NCBI GenBank assembly: GCA_040437565.1 | Contig: JBDOQK010000025.1 | Span: 310,027-374,000 of the forward strand | DNA from: Albugo candida | Taxonomy: Eukaryota | DNA: 63,974 nt | Reading direction: 5' to 3' | In this document: piece after piece, positions 49,093 to 62,112 of the stretch | How the letters are laid out: each line of letters opens with the position of its first letter | Numbering within the stretch: the first letter of the stretch is position 1 | Notes under the pieces: generated by a model | What the model was told of the DNA's origin: nothing | Seen by the model: only the letters and a program-made list of their open reading frames with translations | Databases searched by the model: none | Translations under genes and position numbers: made by a program

Positions 49093-51974
49093 CTAACATG
49101 AAATGCATCCGCAAAGAATGCGTTTCGAACGCTTTGGCTCTTCCACAGCGTTTTGATCGCCGCAAACGACTTCTTTTCCCTGTAAAACCGCTTGTAATGT
49201 TTCCAGTGTGGTCTCTTCAGCGTATAAGATCTCATCCTGAATTTGAATCTGAAAGCGTTGCGCAATAATCCCTTGTAACTGAGCCAAAGCCATCGAATCT
49301 AATCCCAAATTCTGAAGCGGAACATTCNNNNNNNNNNNNNNNNNNNNNNNNNNNNNNNNNNNNNNNNNNNNNNNNNNNNNNNNNNNNNNNNNNNNNNNNN
49401 NNNNNNNNNNNNNNNNNNNNNNNNNNNGAATGTTCCGCTTCAGAATTTGGGATTAGATTCGATGGCTTTGGCTCAGTTACAAGGGATTATTGCGCAACGC
49501 TTTCAGATTCAAATTCAGGATGAGATCTTATACGCTGAAGAGACCACACTGGAAACATTACAAGCGGTTTTACAGGGAAAAGAAGTCGTTTGCGGCGATC
49601 AAAACGCTTTGGCTCTTCCACAGCGTTTTGATCGCCGCAAACGACTTCTTTTCCCTGTAAAACCGCTTGTAATGTTTCCAGTGTGGTCTCTTCAGCGTAT
49701 AAGATCTCATCCTGAATTTGAATCTGAAAGCGTTGCGCAATAATCCCTTGTAACTGAGCCAAAGCCATCGAATCTAATCCCAAATTCTGAAGCGGAACAT
49801 TCAACACAATCTGTCGTTTTTCCACTTCCAGGACTTGAGCCACTTCTGATACCAAAAATTCTAAAATGTCTTTGTCGGCTTCCTCCGCTTGTTGAGGTGC
49901 TTTGACTGTCGTGTCGGAGTCGAAATCGTCTTCCAAGTTTTCAGACAGCAAAATGTCTTCGTTGCGATACAATTCTGGAAGCGTGTTCTGTTCGTACGAT
50001 TGCTGGCAGCGTGACCGAGAAATCTTTCCACTTGTCGTTTTTGGAATACTGTGTGGTGGCAGTAAGATCATCACAGTCGCCTTCACGCCGTGTTCTTGAA
50101 CGATTGCCGAGCGGATTTTGCTGCATAAGCTGGCTTTATGCTGCATTTTGGGATCACGAAGTTCTGCCACGATTATCAATTCTTCTTCCACGGATTGATT
50201 GGTTGCGTTCTTGGTGATCAAGGAGCTGAATGCAGCGGTACATCCCGGACGGATTTCTGGAAATGATTCTACTGTGAATTCCAAATCCTGTGGGTAATGA
50301 TTCCGACCACGAACTATAATGAGATCCTTAAGACGGCCACAAATGTATAATTCTTCGTCATGTAAGAATCCAAGATCGCCCGTTCGTAGATACAGTGAGC
50401 TAGTTTCTACTTCTGTATCAGTTGTGATACGTGCTTGGAAGGCTTCCTCTGACATTGTCGTATTCGATTCGTCAAAGTATCCAAGTGCTTTTGAAGGGCT
50501 TGATATCCAGATTTCTCCCACATTTCCCGGTTGCATTTTGTGACAAGTGTCTGGATCGACAATGCACACCTCGACTCCATAGTCTTTTCGATTAGGTTTG
50601 CCACAACTGATCATTTCCTTCACGCTCGTATTCCCATCAGCAGTATTATTGTCGATAGGTTGTATTTGTTTTTGTGTTTCCAGCAATTGTTTGTCAACTA
50701 CTAGACGAGTCGAGTCGCCACCACAAACGTAGACAGTGTGTTCTGCAAGACCGTACGTGGCTTTAATCACGTTTGTGGCAAGTCCATAAGGCTCAAAAGC
50801 CCGATAAAACGCATCGATAGAGTCTCCTTTGACGGGCTCGGCGCCATTAATCATGTGGCGAACACTCGATAAGTTGATTTCTTTGTATTTAAGACTGGCG
50901 ATTGTATCTGATTTTCGCGCACAAAGTGAGTATGCAAAATTGGGTGCCTGTAAATGAGTCGCCTTATATTGTGAGATGAGTTGAAGCCATATCATTGGAT
51001 TCTTGATGAAAGTGAATGGAGACATGTAGACTCCAGATCCGCCGTTAAAGAGCGTTCCAAGGTAGGCGCCAATAAGTCCCATATCATGATACTGAGGAAG
51101 CCACGAGACCACGACCGTATCCTTTCCTGCACAAAGTGCCGAGCTGATGATCTTAAGATTATGATTTAAATTCGCATGCGTCAGCATGACACCTTTCGGC
51201 ATCGATGTTGATCCCGAAGTATACTGAAGAAAAGCGATATCACTGGTCGTTGGGCCTTCCACCTCTCTGTTTCGCCATAATTGCATCTTTTGTTTGATAC
51301 TCATTCGACTCAGTAGCGTGTCTGACACACTCCATTGCAATGTATCCGGCCATTTGAGACCTTGATGTCGAGTCAACTTTTCTTGTAGCTGTGTGATCTT
51401 TTTCGCATGTGCATAATTGGCGCTAGTTAGTGCGACGGTAGCCCCACAATTGTGCGCAATTGCGACAAACATTGTCAAATCTTTCTTCAGTTTGCGTGGA
51501 TCTGGAGGATAGACTGGTACAGCGACAACGCCAGCGGTTAGACATGCTAGGAACGCAATAATAAAATCCAATCCAGGCGGGTACACGAGCAAAACCACTG
51601 ACGTCGAGTTTCCGGATAAACCAAATCTGGTATACGTAAATGAGTATAGTGGGTATACATGACTATAAGAAGTGTATACCCATTCGAATGTTGTGAAGAA
51701 GGTGTGCGCAGTAGCACTGCCAGTGCTTTGATGTCAGAGTCGAGCTCCTAGACATGAAAAAGATGAGATTTTGTTTTTGGTTTACAAAAACAACGTACCT
51801 GAGCCGTCCGAGTAGCCACAGGTATTCCAGCATCATCTACAAACGTCAATAGCGTCTATAAACACCCCAGAACACTATTAATCCATGTTGTATGCGAATG
51901 TCCACTTTTTATCTAACCTTTGTCGGTGATTTCTGTGCCCAAAGTGTGATTCGCGACAGCACTTCAGACGCCAT
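49093..51974 (-). CDS. Fatty acyl-AMP ligase (FAAL) fused to an acyl carrier protein domain
   Basis: LLVYPPGLDFI, FLQYTSGST..PKGV, VSWLPQYHDMGLIG, YGLAEHT, LRTGDLGF, GRNHYPQDLE, IPKTTSGKI; ACP motif LGLDSM. Three 5' introns, ATG at 51974. True C-terminus KRSKRILCGCISC ends at 49093. Confidence 0.9.
49428..49607. repeat. Inverted copy of the FAAL-ACP 3' end next to a gap (assembly fold-back)
   Basis: Exact reverse complement of ~49147-49327 and of ~49622-49801. Confidence 0.85.
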
Positions 51975-52066
51975 TGCCGTCGGTCGATCTCCAATTAGAT
52001 TGGCTAAAATCACTTCGCAAAAAGTCTTCCCTCTCTCCATCAATAACCTTCTATAATCATTCCATG

Positions 52067-55000
52067 TTACATTACAAATTCCACTTTATTTCCATCTTCC
52101 CGCGTTAAGACAACATTCTCGCTGTCTTCATACACCAAGCGACATACGCGCAACACTCTTTTCCAGTCTCCATCCCCTCGCCATTCAATCGCATTCTTTA
52201 ATTTATGTTCTTTCAAGCACATTTGCTGTAATTTCAACATACTTCCCAACAATGTCGTGGACGCTGAATTCCACCATAAAATGCGCGCTTCTCGCGCCGC
52301 GTAGGAAGCGATCACGTTCCCATCCGGACGGAAACACACCGCAGAGACTGCTGCCCCGTGCCCTTCAAATACACGCCACTTGCTTCCGCTCCGAAAGTCG
52401 TAAACAATCACTTCTGCGTCCATAGTTCCATGCGCGAGTCGCTGGGTCGGTCGATGGAAATCAACCATTGGAAATCGCTCTACCAACGCACAGACTGCAG
52501 CCGTACATTTCTCCATACACTTTTTCCTTCTTTCTGCCTTTACTGGATCCAAACATGTCAATAGAATGTCAATAATAGCGCCCAAATGCCGCGCCACCCA
52601 TACAAAACGCAAGTGAATTAGCTGAACAACATACTTCAAGATACTTTGCCGTTGATCATCCGATCGATCTGAAGATGCGATTTCCTGCACAATTCGAAGC
52701 ACAAATGCTGTTTCGCTGCCACCAAGCGCCAGTAAAAGTGTCATTGCGCTAGAACTCATCGCTTGGGATGTTGCGTCAATGGTGAAAAGCTGTGTTATGA
52801 GCATTGATACGTCCAAAAAGTGCGGTCGGAAGAGCATTAATCCTCTGGTAAGAAGCTCAATGGCCAGTGCCACAGTCGATGATGATGGTGCACGCATCCA
52901 CATCACCAAGACGTCACATACTTTTCTGGCGGTTGACGGTGAGATTTCGCCAGGAAAACAGGTTCCAAATAAACTTAAAAGGACAATAAGGGGCCCAAGT
53001 CGATTTGTAAGAGCGTGAATTGGCTGAATTCCTAAAGACGCCGATGGAAATGCTTCCAATCGTTCTTCTCCGTATAATCGATCCAGTTGCATGTTTAGTT
53101 GGGTCGTGTACATTGCTGTCAATTGACGTCGTGTGCTTGCATCCTGACGTCGAATTGCTCCATCAAGAAGTGTTCTTGCAGCTTCAGAAGTGAAATGGCA
53201 CGAACAAAAACCAAATGTTGCAAGAAGTTCTAAAGACGGTTCCTGGTACGATGGAGATACTTCAGGAAGCACAACTGAATGCTGAGTGACCAATTGACTC
53301 CAAAGTAAATGGAATTCTTCATCCACGCGATCATTTACGAGATCCATCACGTTCATACAGATCGACACAACGCCCAATGCGATACTCGCCGAAAAGGTTG
53401 GAGAAGTGCACCAGAGCCGTTCGATTGTGTCATGCGTATTCGAAAGTGGCAGAGTGAGCGCGTGAGCATCGCCGACGAGTGCACACGCATATGAGCAATG
53501 TGGTTCTTCAACTCCAAGAACGGTGGCACACGCTTCATCAATAGCTGGTGATGCATTCCACGAGAGGAAGAAGGCGAGTAGAATCTTTTCTAAAGAAGCA
53601 CATGAGACACTGCTTTCCGCCCATGCCTGCTTGATTTGTAGTGCGCAATGAGGAACGCTAAAACGAATGAGATGAACAGCGGCGCCGCCGATGGTGCTGT
53701 CGATGCATTCCACACCATTGAATGACTTTTGCGGATTCACGCTTGTGCCATACACGAGTGAATGAGGAATGACACGCTCTAAAATACCTGTCGATAGACT
53801 CCAAACACGCACCAGCGCGTCATGACAAATGATGTAGAGCGTCGTGGTAGCGAGATGCCATTCCAATGCGACCGCTTGCGGTTGAGCGAATTCGTAGAGA
53901 CAGTCGTATTCATTCCGACTGCCAAAGTACACAACCACGCGATTATCGGAACCGATTGATGCGATGTGGCGAGTGTCAGGAGCGATGGAAATATCTTGGA
54001 TGGCGCCACGATGATAATGCCAACGCGATACAATAGAAATGTCTAGATGCGGACACAGTGTCTTTTCGCCAAGACCACATCGCAATTTTACAGAAACTAA
54101 AGAGAGATAGCCGAATTCGCAACCGGTAAAGATTTTCCAACTGCCATCTTCACCACTTGCAACGTGAGCTAAGCAAGAGATCCTTCCATCATGAACGCCA
54201 TGCAAGACAACCTCGCGGTCATGACGACCACCCAAAATGCCTACACGAATGTTTCCATGAGAATCACCACATGCATACAGTGGGATTCGGTCCAAATGNN
54301 NNNNNNNNNNNNNNNNNNNNNNNNNNNNNNNNNNNNNNNNNNNNNNNNNNNNNNNNNNNNNNNNNNNNNNNNNNNNNNNNNNNNNNNNNNNNNNNNNNTA
54401 ATTTTGAAATTAAATCATAAATAATTAAAGAATTATAATAGTTTTTTAAATTCATTTTTTTTTTTATAAAATACTTGATGATAAAGATAAAATTTTAAAA
54501 TTTTTTTTTTTTCTAAAATGAATCACCTTTAGTTTTAATACGAGGAAGAATTGAAATTTTGAGCTTGTTATGGTTGAATTAGTGAGATCGTTACCGTGGT
54601 ATTCCGAATGCAAACCATTGGATTTGATTGAATGCAATTGTAATAAATCACTAGCATTCGATGAACTCAGATCTGATTTCGTTTTGCAAGTTGCGATACT
54701 CAGTTTGAAACGTTAATGGAGCTCCTCTTACTAACAGTCAAACAGTTCTTTATAACTACTTAAGGTTACAATTTCGCCAAAGGCAAACGAGATCACGCGC
54801 GTATGTGTCCTCCACCAGCTCCAATAACGATTCTGTAATCTGTTTAGACTCGCTTGACACCATAAATAGAGTCACTCCAGCTATGTCTTCGCTGTCACCG
54901 CATCGTTCTAATGGAAGCGTTCTACTCATTTAGTGAACGAGGAGGCCGCAGCACTGCGAATGGTCTCAGTCATATCAGTTGGTATCACACCTGGCGCGAT

Positions 55001-58000
55001 CGAATCTACATTGACGGGTCCTCCCTTCCGTCTTCGAGAGAGCTTCGCTTCCAGAACTCGTGTCAAATGATGAAGTGCCGCTCTAGGTGCATCGTACGCC
55101 ATCACATCCATTTTACTCGGCGAAAAGCCCGTTAACGATCCAATGTTGATAATGCGGGCGCTACCATTTTAATCCGTAGCTCTATCAAGTTGTGGTGAGA
55201 AATCGCAAGAGAGAAGTAAGCGGCAGCCACATTAACTGAAAATGGTTACCTTCAAATTGACAAAAAATTGATAGCTGTATACCTTATACCGTATATCGCA
55301 TCAAAACAACCAAATTTTTTCTTCGTGATTACCAAGCGCGGTGGGGATCGCAACGCCCGAATTGTTGACAAGTACGTCTAATTTGGACTCATACGAAGCG
55401 AATTACTGCGAGAGATGTGCACATCCTTTTTCTGAGCTGATGTCCCTTTGCAGCTACGTACGTGAAGTCAAATGCTTTAAAGACGGATGTGGAGATTTAC
55501 CACTTACCACTCTATGTTCCAGGAACTTGATCTTTGAGTTCGGCAGCAGATTTCTTGCACGAACCGTCATTGCCCGATGCAATGTACACTTTGGCGCCAC
55601 TACTCACAAATCCATAAGCAACCATTCGTCCGATTCTCCTCCCCCGCCTATGGCCAGCACGATTTTATCATTCACGCTGAAGAGATTGGAGACTTCCATT
55701 TTTAAAGTGAGCACAAGTTCCACATAAGGAAGATCCAATCTTTATGAATCGTACTTTACGAGAATAGCTAGGCTAGGTGCAACCTCCTTCTAGAATGGGT
55801 GTCTTCTAGGAAATCGAAAAAGAGAATATGGATTGAAGATATCGTACATAACATTGGAATTCTGATCTCGAATCTCATTTTTTACTACATTAATGAAGCT
55901 GATAAAAATATATATTGGAGCTTTTCCAGTTACTTTATTGAATTATACACGCACAAAAAACGAATCTATCCGCCTATTCAATTACGCAAAAGCGAATCAT
56001 CTTCATCGAAAGTGGCAGAGTGAGCGCGTGAGCATCGCCGACGAGTGCACACGGCATATGAGCAATGTGGTTTTTAACTCGAAGAACGGTGGCACACGCT
56101 TCATCAATAGCTGGTGATGCATTCCACGAGAGGAAGAAGGCGAGTAGAATCTTTCTAAAGAAGCGCATGAGACGCTGCTTTCCGCCCATGCCTGCTTGAT
56201 TTGTAATGCGCAATGCGAAACGCTCAAACGAATGAGATGAACAGTGGCGCCGCCGATGGTGCTGTCGATGCATTCCACACCATTAAATGACTTTTGCGGA
56301 TTCACGCTTGTGCCATACACAGGTGAATGAGGAATGACACGCTCTAAAATACCTGTCGATAGACTCCAAACACGCATCAGCGCGTCATGACAGCTGATGT
56401 AGAGCATCGTGGTATCGAGATTTCATTCCAATGCGACCGTTTGCGGTTTAACGAATTCGTGGAGACAGTCGTATTCATTCCGACTGCCAAAGTACACAAC
56501 CACGCGATTATCGGAACCGATTGATGCGATGTGGCGAGCGTCAGGAGCGATGGAAATATCTTGGATGACGCCACAATGATAATGCCAGCGTGATTCAATA
56601 GAAATGTCTGCATCCGGACATTTCTATTGAATCACGCTGGCATTATCATTGTGGCGTCATCCAAGATATTTCCATCGCTCCTGACGCTCGCCACATCGCA
56701 TCAATCGGTTCCGATAATCGCGTGGTTGTGTACTTTGACAGTCGTATTCATTCCGACTGCCAAAGTACACAACCACGCGATTATCGGAACCGATTGATGC
56801 GATGTGGCGAGTGTCAGGAGCGATGGAAATATCTTGGATGGCGCCACGATGATAATGCCAACGCGATACAATAGAAATGTCTAGATGCGGACACAGTGTC
56901 TTTTCGCCAAGACCACATCGCAATTTTACAGAAACTAAAGAGAGATAGCCGAATTCGCAACCGGTAAAGATTTTCCAACTGCCATCTTCACCACTTGCAA
57001 CGTGAGCTAAGCAAGAGATCCTTCCATCATGAACGCCATGCAAGACAACCTCGCGGTCATGACGACCACCCAAAATGCCTACACGAATGTTTCCATGAGA
57101 ATCACCACATGCATACAGTGGGATTCGGTCCAAATGGCTTTCCGTTTTATCGCTTCTCATCAATATCCGTGATACGGTCACATTTTCGGACTTCGAGAGC
57201 TGCGGGAATTGGACTTTTGGCAACTGAAAATCTCGGTCCGTTGAATAGAGTGAGATGTTCCCGTCTGGATCCACACGAACGATAGTCCACATTCCATCAT
57301 GCACAAGTGCGACGACTCTCTTTCCACTCGTTTTTTTGAAAAAGTGTCCCGAATCAATTCGTTTGAGACGAGTATAAAAGCTGCGAGGCACAAACTGATC
57401 TAGTGCTTTGGTAAAAATAAAAAATTTACCACCGTCTGATGCTTGTGCTCGAAGATCAAATGAAATCATCTCCTGATCTGTCCATAACGCCACAGTTTCG
57501 TTGGATAGAAAGCCCCCACCACGCCATTGTAAAGTGCCTCGATACGTTCCTGCGAGCGGGTATGAGTCTTCATCAACATCGTCGGTTTTGCAGAGCCATT
57601 GGCGATACAATACAGCCCATCGTGTGTGCCACACAAACAACAGAAGAGAAGCGTTTGGTGACATAGCCATTGCAATTGGAAAGTAAGAGCTTTGAATGGA
57701 ACGCATAAGCGCTGTTTGAGGATTCATGTTATCGCCTTCCATGAGTGAAGTGCTTTGAGAGCACGTAATGTCTTCGGCATCATCGGCCCATGAAAGAATC
57801 CAGCAGCTGTCTTTCCTCCAACGAAACGATTGACCTGAGTTCGGCTTTGACCATAAAAAAAAATTGATAAGACCTTGTGTCCCAAGCGAAACAATAATGC
57901 AATTCCACAAAACGCGTCGCGGTGCGGAAGGGAGGGGTGCTGTGAGCACGCCCTGACGTAATTGTTCTTGGCTTGTGTCGGCACAAGGAAGGATTTTCAT

Positions 58001-58471
58001 TCGCCATGCATCAAAGACAACCATGCGAGATTCTTGGCTGTAGATAAGGGCGAATTGTTTATCGAGCATGGCGATACCATGGATAGGAGCAATCGAAGAG
58101 GCAAGGGATGGAATAGAACGGATGGAAAGACCTGTGAAGATATTCCATTTGGATATACCACCTTCTTGATCAATAGCAAGGAGAATGGATTGGTCGAATT
58201 GGTCCAATGTAGTGGTGAAACCACGAATTGGTGATCGTTTAATTGAACTGTGAGGTACAAAAAGGTTTATTTGCGGTGCGGAAGTTCGGTTGATGGTCCA
58301 AGATATAATTATCCCATCTTCCGAGCCAAGAAAGACGCCTATAACCACGTCTTTTTTGCGTGGAAGAGCTGCAACATGAATGCATGATACGCGGATAATT
58401 GGGTTGGTAGTGTAAAGTACAACAGCAAGATGAAGTTCGGTTGCATTCACGCGCGTCGGAATCGCTTGCAT
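52067..58471 (-). CDS. WDR7: WDR7 / rabconnectin-3 beta-like WD40 protein, split in the assembly (58471-~56740 and 54298-52067)
   Basis: N-terminal LAVVLY..VSC..GSEDGIIISW and C-terminal RFPMVDFH..QRLA.G..VYD.R..FEGH..VSAV.F.PDG..IASY match WDR7. The halves share an identical ~400 nt overlap (53899-54298 = 56738-57136). Confidence 0.8.
54399..54522 (-). other. Mitochondrial-DNA-like fragment (rpl14 3' end plus rpl5 5' start), NUMT or chimeric read
   Basis: Extremely AT-rich. Reads HFRKKKNFKILSLSSSIL* (uL14 C-terminus pattern), an 8-nt spacer, then MNLKNYYNSLIIYDLISKL (mitochondrial uL5 N-terminus pattern). Confidence 0.7.
54790..55699 (-). pseudogene. Short-chain dehydrogenase/reductase pseudogene
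   Basis: MEVSNLFSVNDKIVL.GGG.GIGRMVA..GAKVYIAS, LDVLVNNSG, ARIINIGS, AYDAPRAALHHLTR (YxxxK changed to YxxxR), SIAPG..PTDM, DIAG. Frameshifts and stops. Confidence 0.8.
56003..56610 (-). pseudogene. Diverged, frameshifted internal fragment of the WDR7-like gene
   Basis: Homologous to ~53440-54045 with many substitutions and small indels. Confidence 0.8.
56488..56738. repeat. ~120 bp perfect inverted repeat (hairpin) at a contig junction
   Basis: 56488-56608 is the reverse complement of ~56617-56738, with a short loop. Confidence 0.85.
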
Positions 58472-58538
58472 GAAGTGTTCGAAATTGCGTCGGAATGAAC
58501 AAGCTGGCGAGTTGATACCGGTACTGAATCGGTATTTA

Positions 58539-60165
58539 ATGACAATGGTTCCACTTCATGACGCGTGCCTTTGGTTGCTCAGTTGGAGTGGGTCCTTCTT
58601 CTTTGCGCGTTATTTCTTTACGTGGTGGTTATTCCACGACTATGAAGTTAATTCCTCCTTCACACGCGCCTTATTTTCCATTTCGTTTATGTTCTCCTTC
58701 AATTTGTTCGAAATCGTATTGTTCCAGGTGATGGATATCATGACTGTCACCACTCGTCAACTCATTTGGCGTACAGACTTAATTGCAATTACGTTCTTAA
58801 TTGTTTTTCTGCTTCCATTGTCTATTTTTTACACCGTTGCAAGAGATTTATTCACCGTTTCCCGTCGTCACGCACTCTTCATCGCATCTATTGTCCTTGT
58901 GGTCTATCTTTACGCATTTTGGCAATTGAACACACTTGGAAGCGACCTCACCACCGAGTCGAAATGGCTTACTTCCGTCTTTTCCATTACAAAATCTGTC
59001 AGTCGTATCAGTGTGTTGGGCGTCGTCTTCATGGCCATTTTGTCGGGTTTTGGAGCTGTCAATTGTCCATATGAGTATCTTTCCGTCTTCTGGAGGTCTG
59101 TACCGTTTTACTTGGTACAATCTCGATTTGAAAAAGCTTCCATCTAGGAAAATTGACGATGAAGAAATTGCATTTGTTGAGAGTCGATTACGTCACAATG
59201 TCGATATCGTCTTCGCAAAAAAGAAGAGACTTTTGTACGAGGAAAGCTGCCATCGACGCGAAGTCTCTCTCCCATCGGGCATCAGATCCAAAATCAAATC
59301 TCTTTGGGCCTTTGGGCCGCATGACAGCAAAAATGACGGTACGTGATCCGTCTTTGGCACATTAAGCGCTCATTCTAAGCTTACAGGATCGTATATGAAC
59401 TCGCTGATTGCTGAAATCCATACCCTCGAGAGCCTTGGAAAAGAGCTGTTTCTAGAAGTTCACGCCATGCACCATGTCCGCTTTCGTTTTTTACGCTCTC
59501 AAACGCTTCATGGTCGTCTGTACAACTTTTTCGGCTATCTTCTTTCCGGCCTCTGTGTGTACAAAATGATGATCGCAACCATCAATGTCGCGTTTGTGCG
59601 AAGTAGAGATAAAGATCCAATCACTGATGTCTTCGAGAAGATTCTTTACATCTTTCCATCAGCCGCAAGATACGTACGTTGTATTTTCATTCCTCCAATA
59701 AAATCTCTCACTTTCTTTATAGATCAACATCCGACTCGTGTCTGAAATCGCATCCTTACTGTTTGTTGGAGTGTTGGTTTTCACCCAGACGCGAGGATTT
59801 CTTATGACAATAGTGAAGGTCTTCCGCGCTTGGTCAAATATTGTGTCGTCCAACAGTGTTGTCTTGTGGCTCGCACACCTTATGGGAATGTATTTCGTTT
59901 CGTCCTTTGTGCTTATGCGAATGAATTTAAATCCGAAACATCGGTACGTTGAAGTTGAAGTTGATTTTTTGACCGTTCACGGAATGTTTGTTACAGAGGT
60001 CATATCGATCAAGTTTTGGGAAACATTGAATTTGATGTGTATCATCGATACTTTGACATAACGTTTGTGTTAAGCGCCTTGTGCAATGCACTTGTTCTAT
60101 TCCTCCTCAAGTTCTCTAAGGCTTCGCGAACACGGATCGATTCGCTTGAGAACAAGTTTCCGTAA
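58539..60165 (+). CDS. GPR89: Golgi pH regulator GPR89/GPHR (plant GTG-like)
   Basis: RISVLGV..MAILSGFGAVNCPY, LESLGKELFLE, SQTLHGR, DPIT, LMGMYFVSS.VLMRMNL, YHRYFD; four introns. Confidence 0.93.
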
Positions 60166-60320
60166 ATGGCTCCGAGATTCAACGATACATTCATTCAGCA
60201 AGTTATATGTTGAATGTTGGAATTTTCCTTTTGGAAGCCCGCGCCCAATATGCGTTATCCAATCAAATGGCTTCAGCCGATCAGCAAATAGCCTGATTCG
60301 ACAAAAAGCTAAGTAAAGCA

Positions 60321-60855
60321 ATGGCCGAGCAAAAAATCAATGATGCGGTTCACGGAATGATGGAGCAATTGGACGTGAAGTTTATTCGTGATTTTCAGGT
60401 AAAGGAGCATTCTTGATGGTATAAATACGCAGCCGAATCACTAGTGGTTACAGAAACGAGGCTACCTGTGCAGTGCGCAATGTTTTGACGACAAAACAAG
60501 CTCGTCCGAACAGATTCAAAATTGCGTGGAGCGATGCCAATTCCCAATGCAGCAGCTACAGAATGTGATCCAACAAGAGCTTCAGTCGTTTCAGGTTTGC
60601 TTTATAGGATTTGCATTCTTCTTTTGGCTAATGTTGCGTCTATAGAATCGCCTCCAAAGATGCGCAATGGATTGCCAGGACCGTGCACGCGACTCAATTC
60701 CAATCAATGAAAAAGTCGATCACAAGACGCAAAGTCGGATGCAAAAAGAAATGGAAGCGTGTGTGGGCCAATGTGTGGACAAGCAAATTCAATGCATTCC
60801 TACGCTACAAAAACGACTGGAACAGAACATTACGCAAGTCAGCTCTCAACAGTGA
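60321..60855 (+). CDS. FAM136A: FAM136A / DUF842 twin-CX3C protein
   Basis: YLCSAQCFDD..IQNCVERC..EL.SFQ|NRLQRCAMDCQD..CVGQCVD; two introns. Confidence 0.9.
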
Positions 60856-60902
60856 TGACAGCGGCTAGATTTTGTTAAGTTAGAATAGTTTTTGTTCTAT
60901 CG

Positions 60903-62070
60903 CTAAAGAGAAGTCAATTCGCCAATCGCTATGGACGATGTTGGAGCAATTCCTTCCTCTACTTTATCTTCTTGCGATATTGCTACGACATCTTTCGACA
61001 CTGCAACATTTGCCTTGGAACGCCGATTTCTTCGTTGGCGCAACATCCACTCATACGTTCCGTACCCCACAAAGTACAAATAAATGTGAAATCCCAGCAA
61101 TACTCCGTACATGAACGTGCAGGGAATTGATACTACCAGCGTGATGACGACTCCAATCTCGCCAGGTTGTGATATCGTTGTTATATCCAGCAAGAGAAGC
61201 CAACATGAAGCAAAAATTGCTTGTGTGAGGAATTGTGCAAAACCTAATTGAAGTGGATCAAGGTTGTATAAAGGTTGCTCAACCGAGCTGATGCGTACCA
61301 CAACACGCGATTGTGAAAAATTGAGCATAATTAGATTTGCCGATGCAAGTATGAAGCCTGTCACCCATTTGGTCAACTAGTCAGAGAAGGAATGCTTATC
61401 GAGATGACCAATATTCGTACCATGTGCAATGATGATCTAAACCGGGAACACTCTTACGACACATTGAGCAGTACCGAGTCTTTGACCATCTCGATCCATC
61501 GATCTTGATCCCAAACCAGCCATTTGGCAAGGATTCCTACAATCAAAAATGACTCTAGCCTCACATGAGAGTGGAAAGCATACATCAGCGAGTTTCGAAG
61601 GATCGATTTGCTCACATGAGATCCATGCAACAAGGAGCAGCCCAAAGACCGAAACATGAAATAGAGCCATTCCTGAAATCTGATCCGGATACAGAATCAG
61701 ACTTTTATGAGAGTTTTAGCCACGACTATCATACCATCCAAGAGTTTAATGTCCTATTTGTGTGAAAAGAGGATGAAGTTGGCACGGATGGAGGTTCGGT
61801 CTCCGCTAGTCTCAATAATGCACTCAGCACAGCCACATAAAAAGAAATCGCAGAGATCAAGTGTCCGGATACTGCAACAATTTGATCAAGCGAATACGGG
61901 CGTTGAAATCCATTGCGCCGCGTTGAATCAGATGGAGTCGAGTTTGTTCCTGTTGTAAGCGGCGACTTGATTGGTTCTGTCTTGTTCCCGTCAACCGATC
62001 TGGAAGGCATTTCCACCGTCTTTTCTCCTGCTGTCTCCATAACCGACTGTACCGCTATATGTGCCGTCAT
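60903..62070 (-). CDS. DHHC palmitoyltransferase (ZDHHC1/11-like)
   Basis: RRNGFQRP..Q, IDPS, YCSMCRKSVPGLDHHCTW|LHTCIGKSNY.FF, LLGFHIYL..GTYEW. Four introns; start at 62070 or 62040. Confidence 0.88.
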
Positions 62071-62112
62071 TATGGTACATGATACTCAGACTCAGATAGT
62101 GCGCAATTCTGA

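Noticed and set aside
49447-49743. Plus-strand stand-alone ACP ORF and a palindromic FAAL C-terminus
   Set aside because: Produced by an exact inverted copy adjacent to a gap; the real terminus is at 49093.
56488-56738. Hairpin as a miRNA/siRNA precursor or MITE
   Set aside because: The arms are WDR7-derived and sit exactly at the switch between the diverged and intact copies; most simply an assembly fold-back.
33194-62070. Lipidation gene cluster (NMT, FAAL-ACP, DHHC)
   Set aside because: Spread over 29 kb among unrelated housekeeping genes; plausible by chance.
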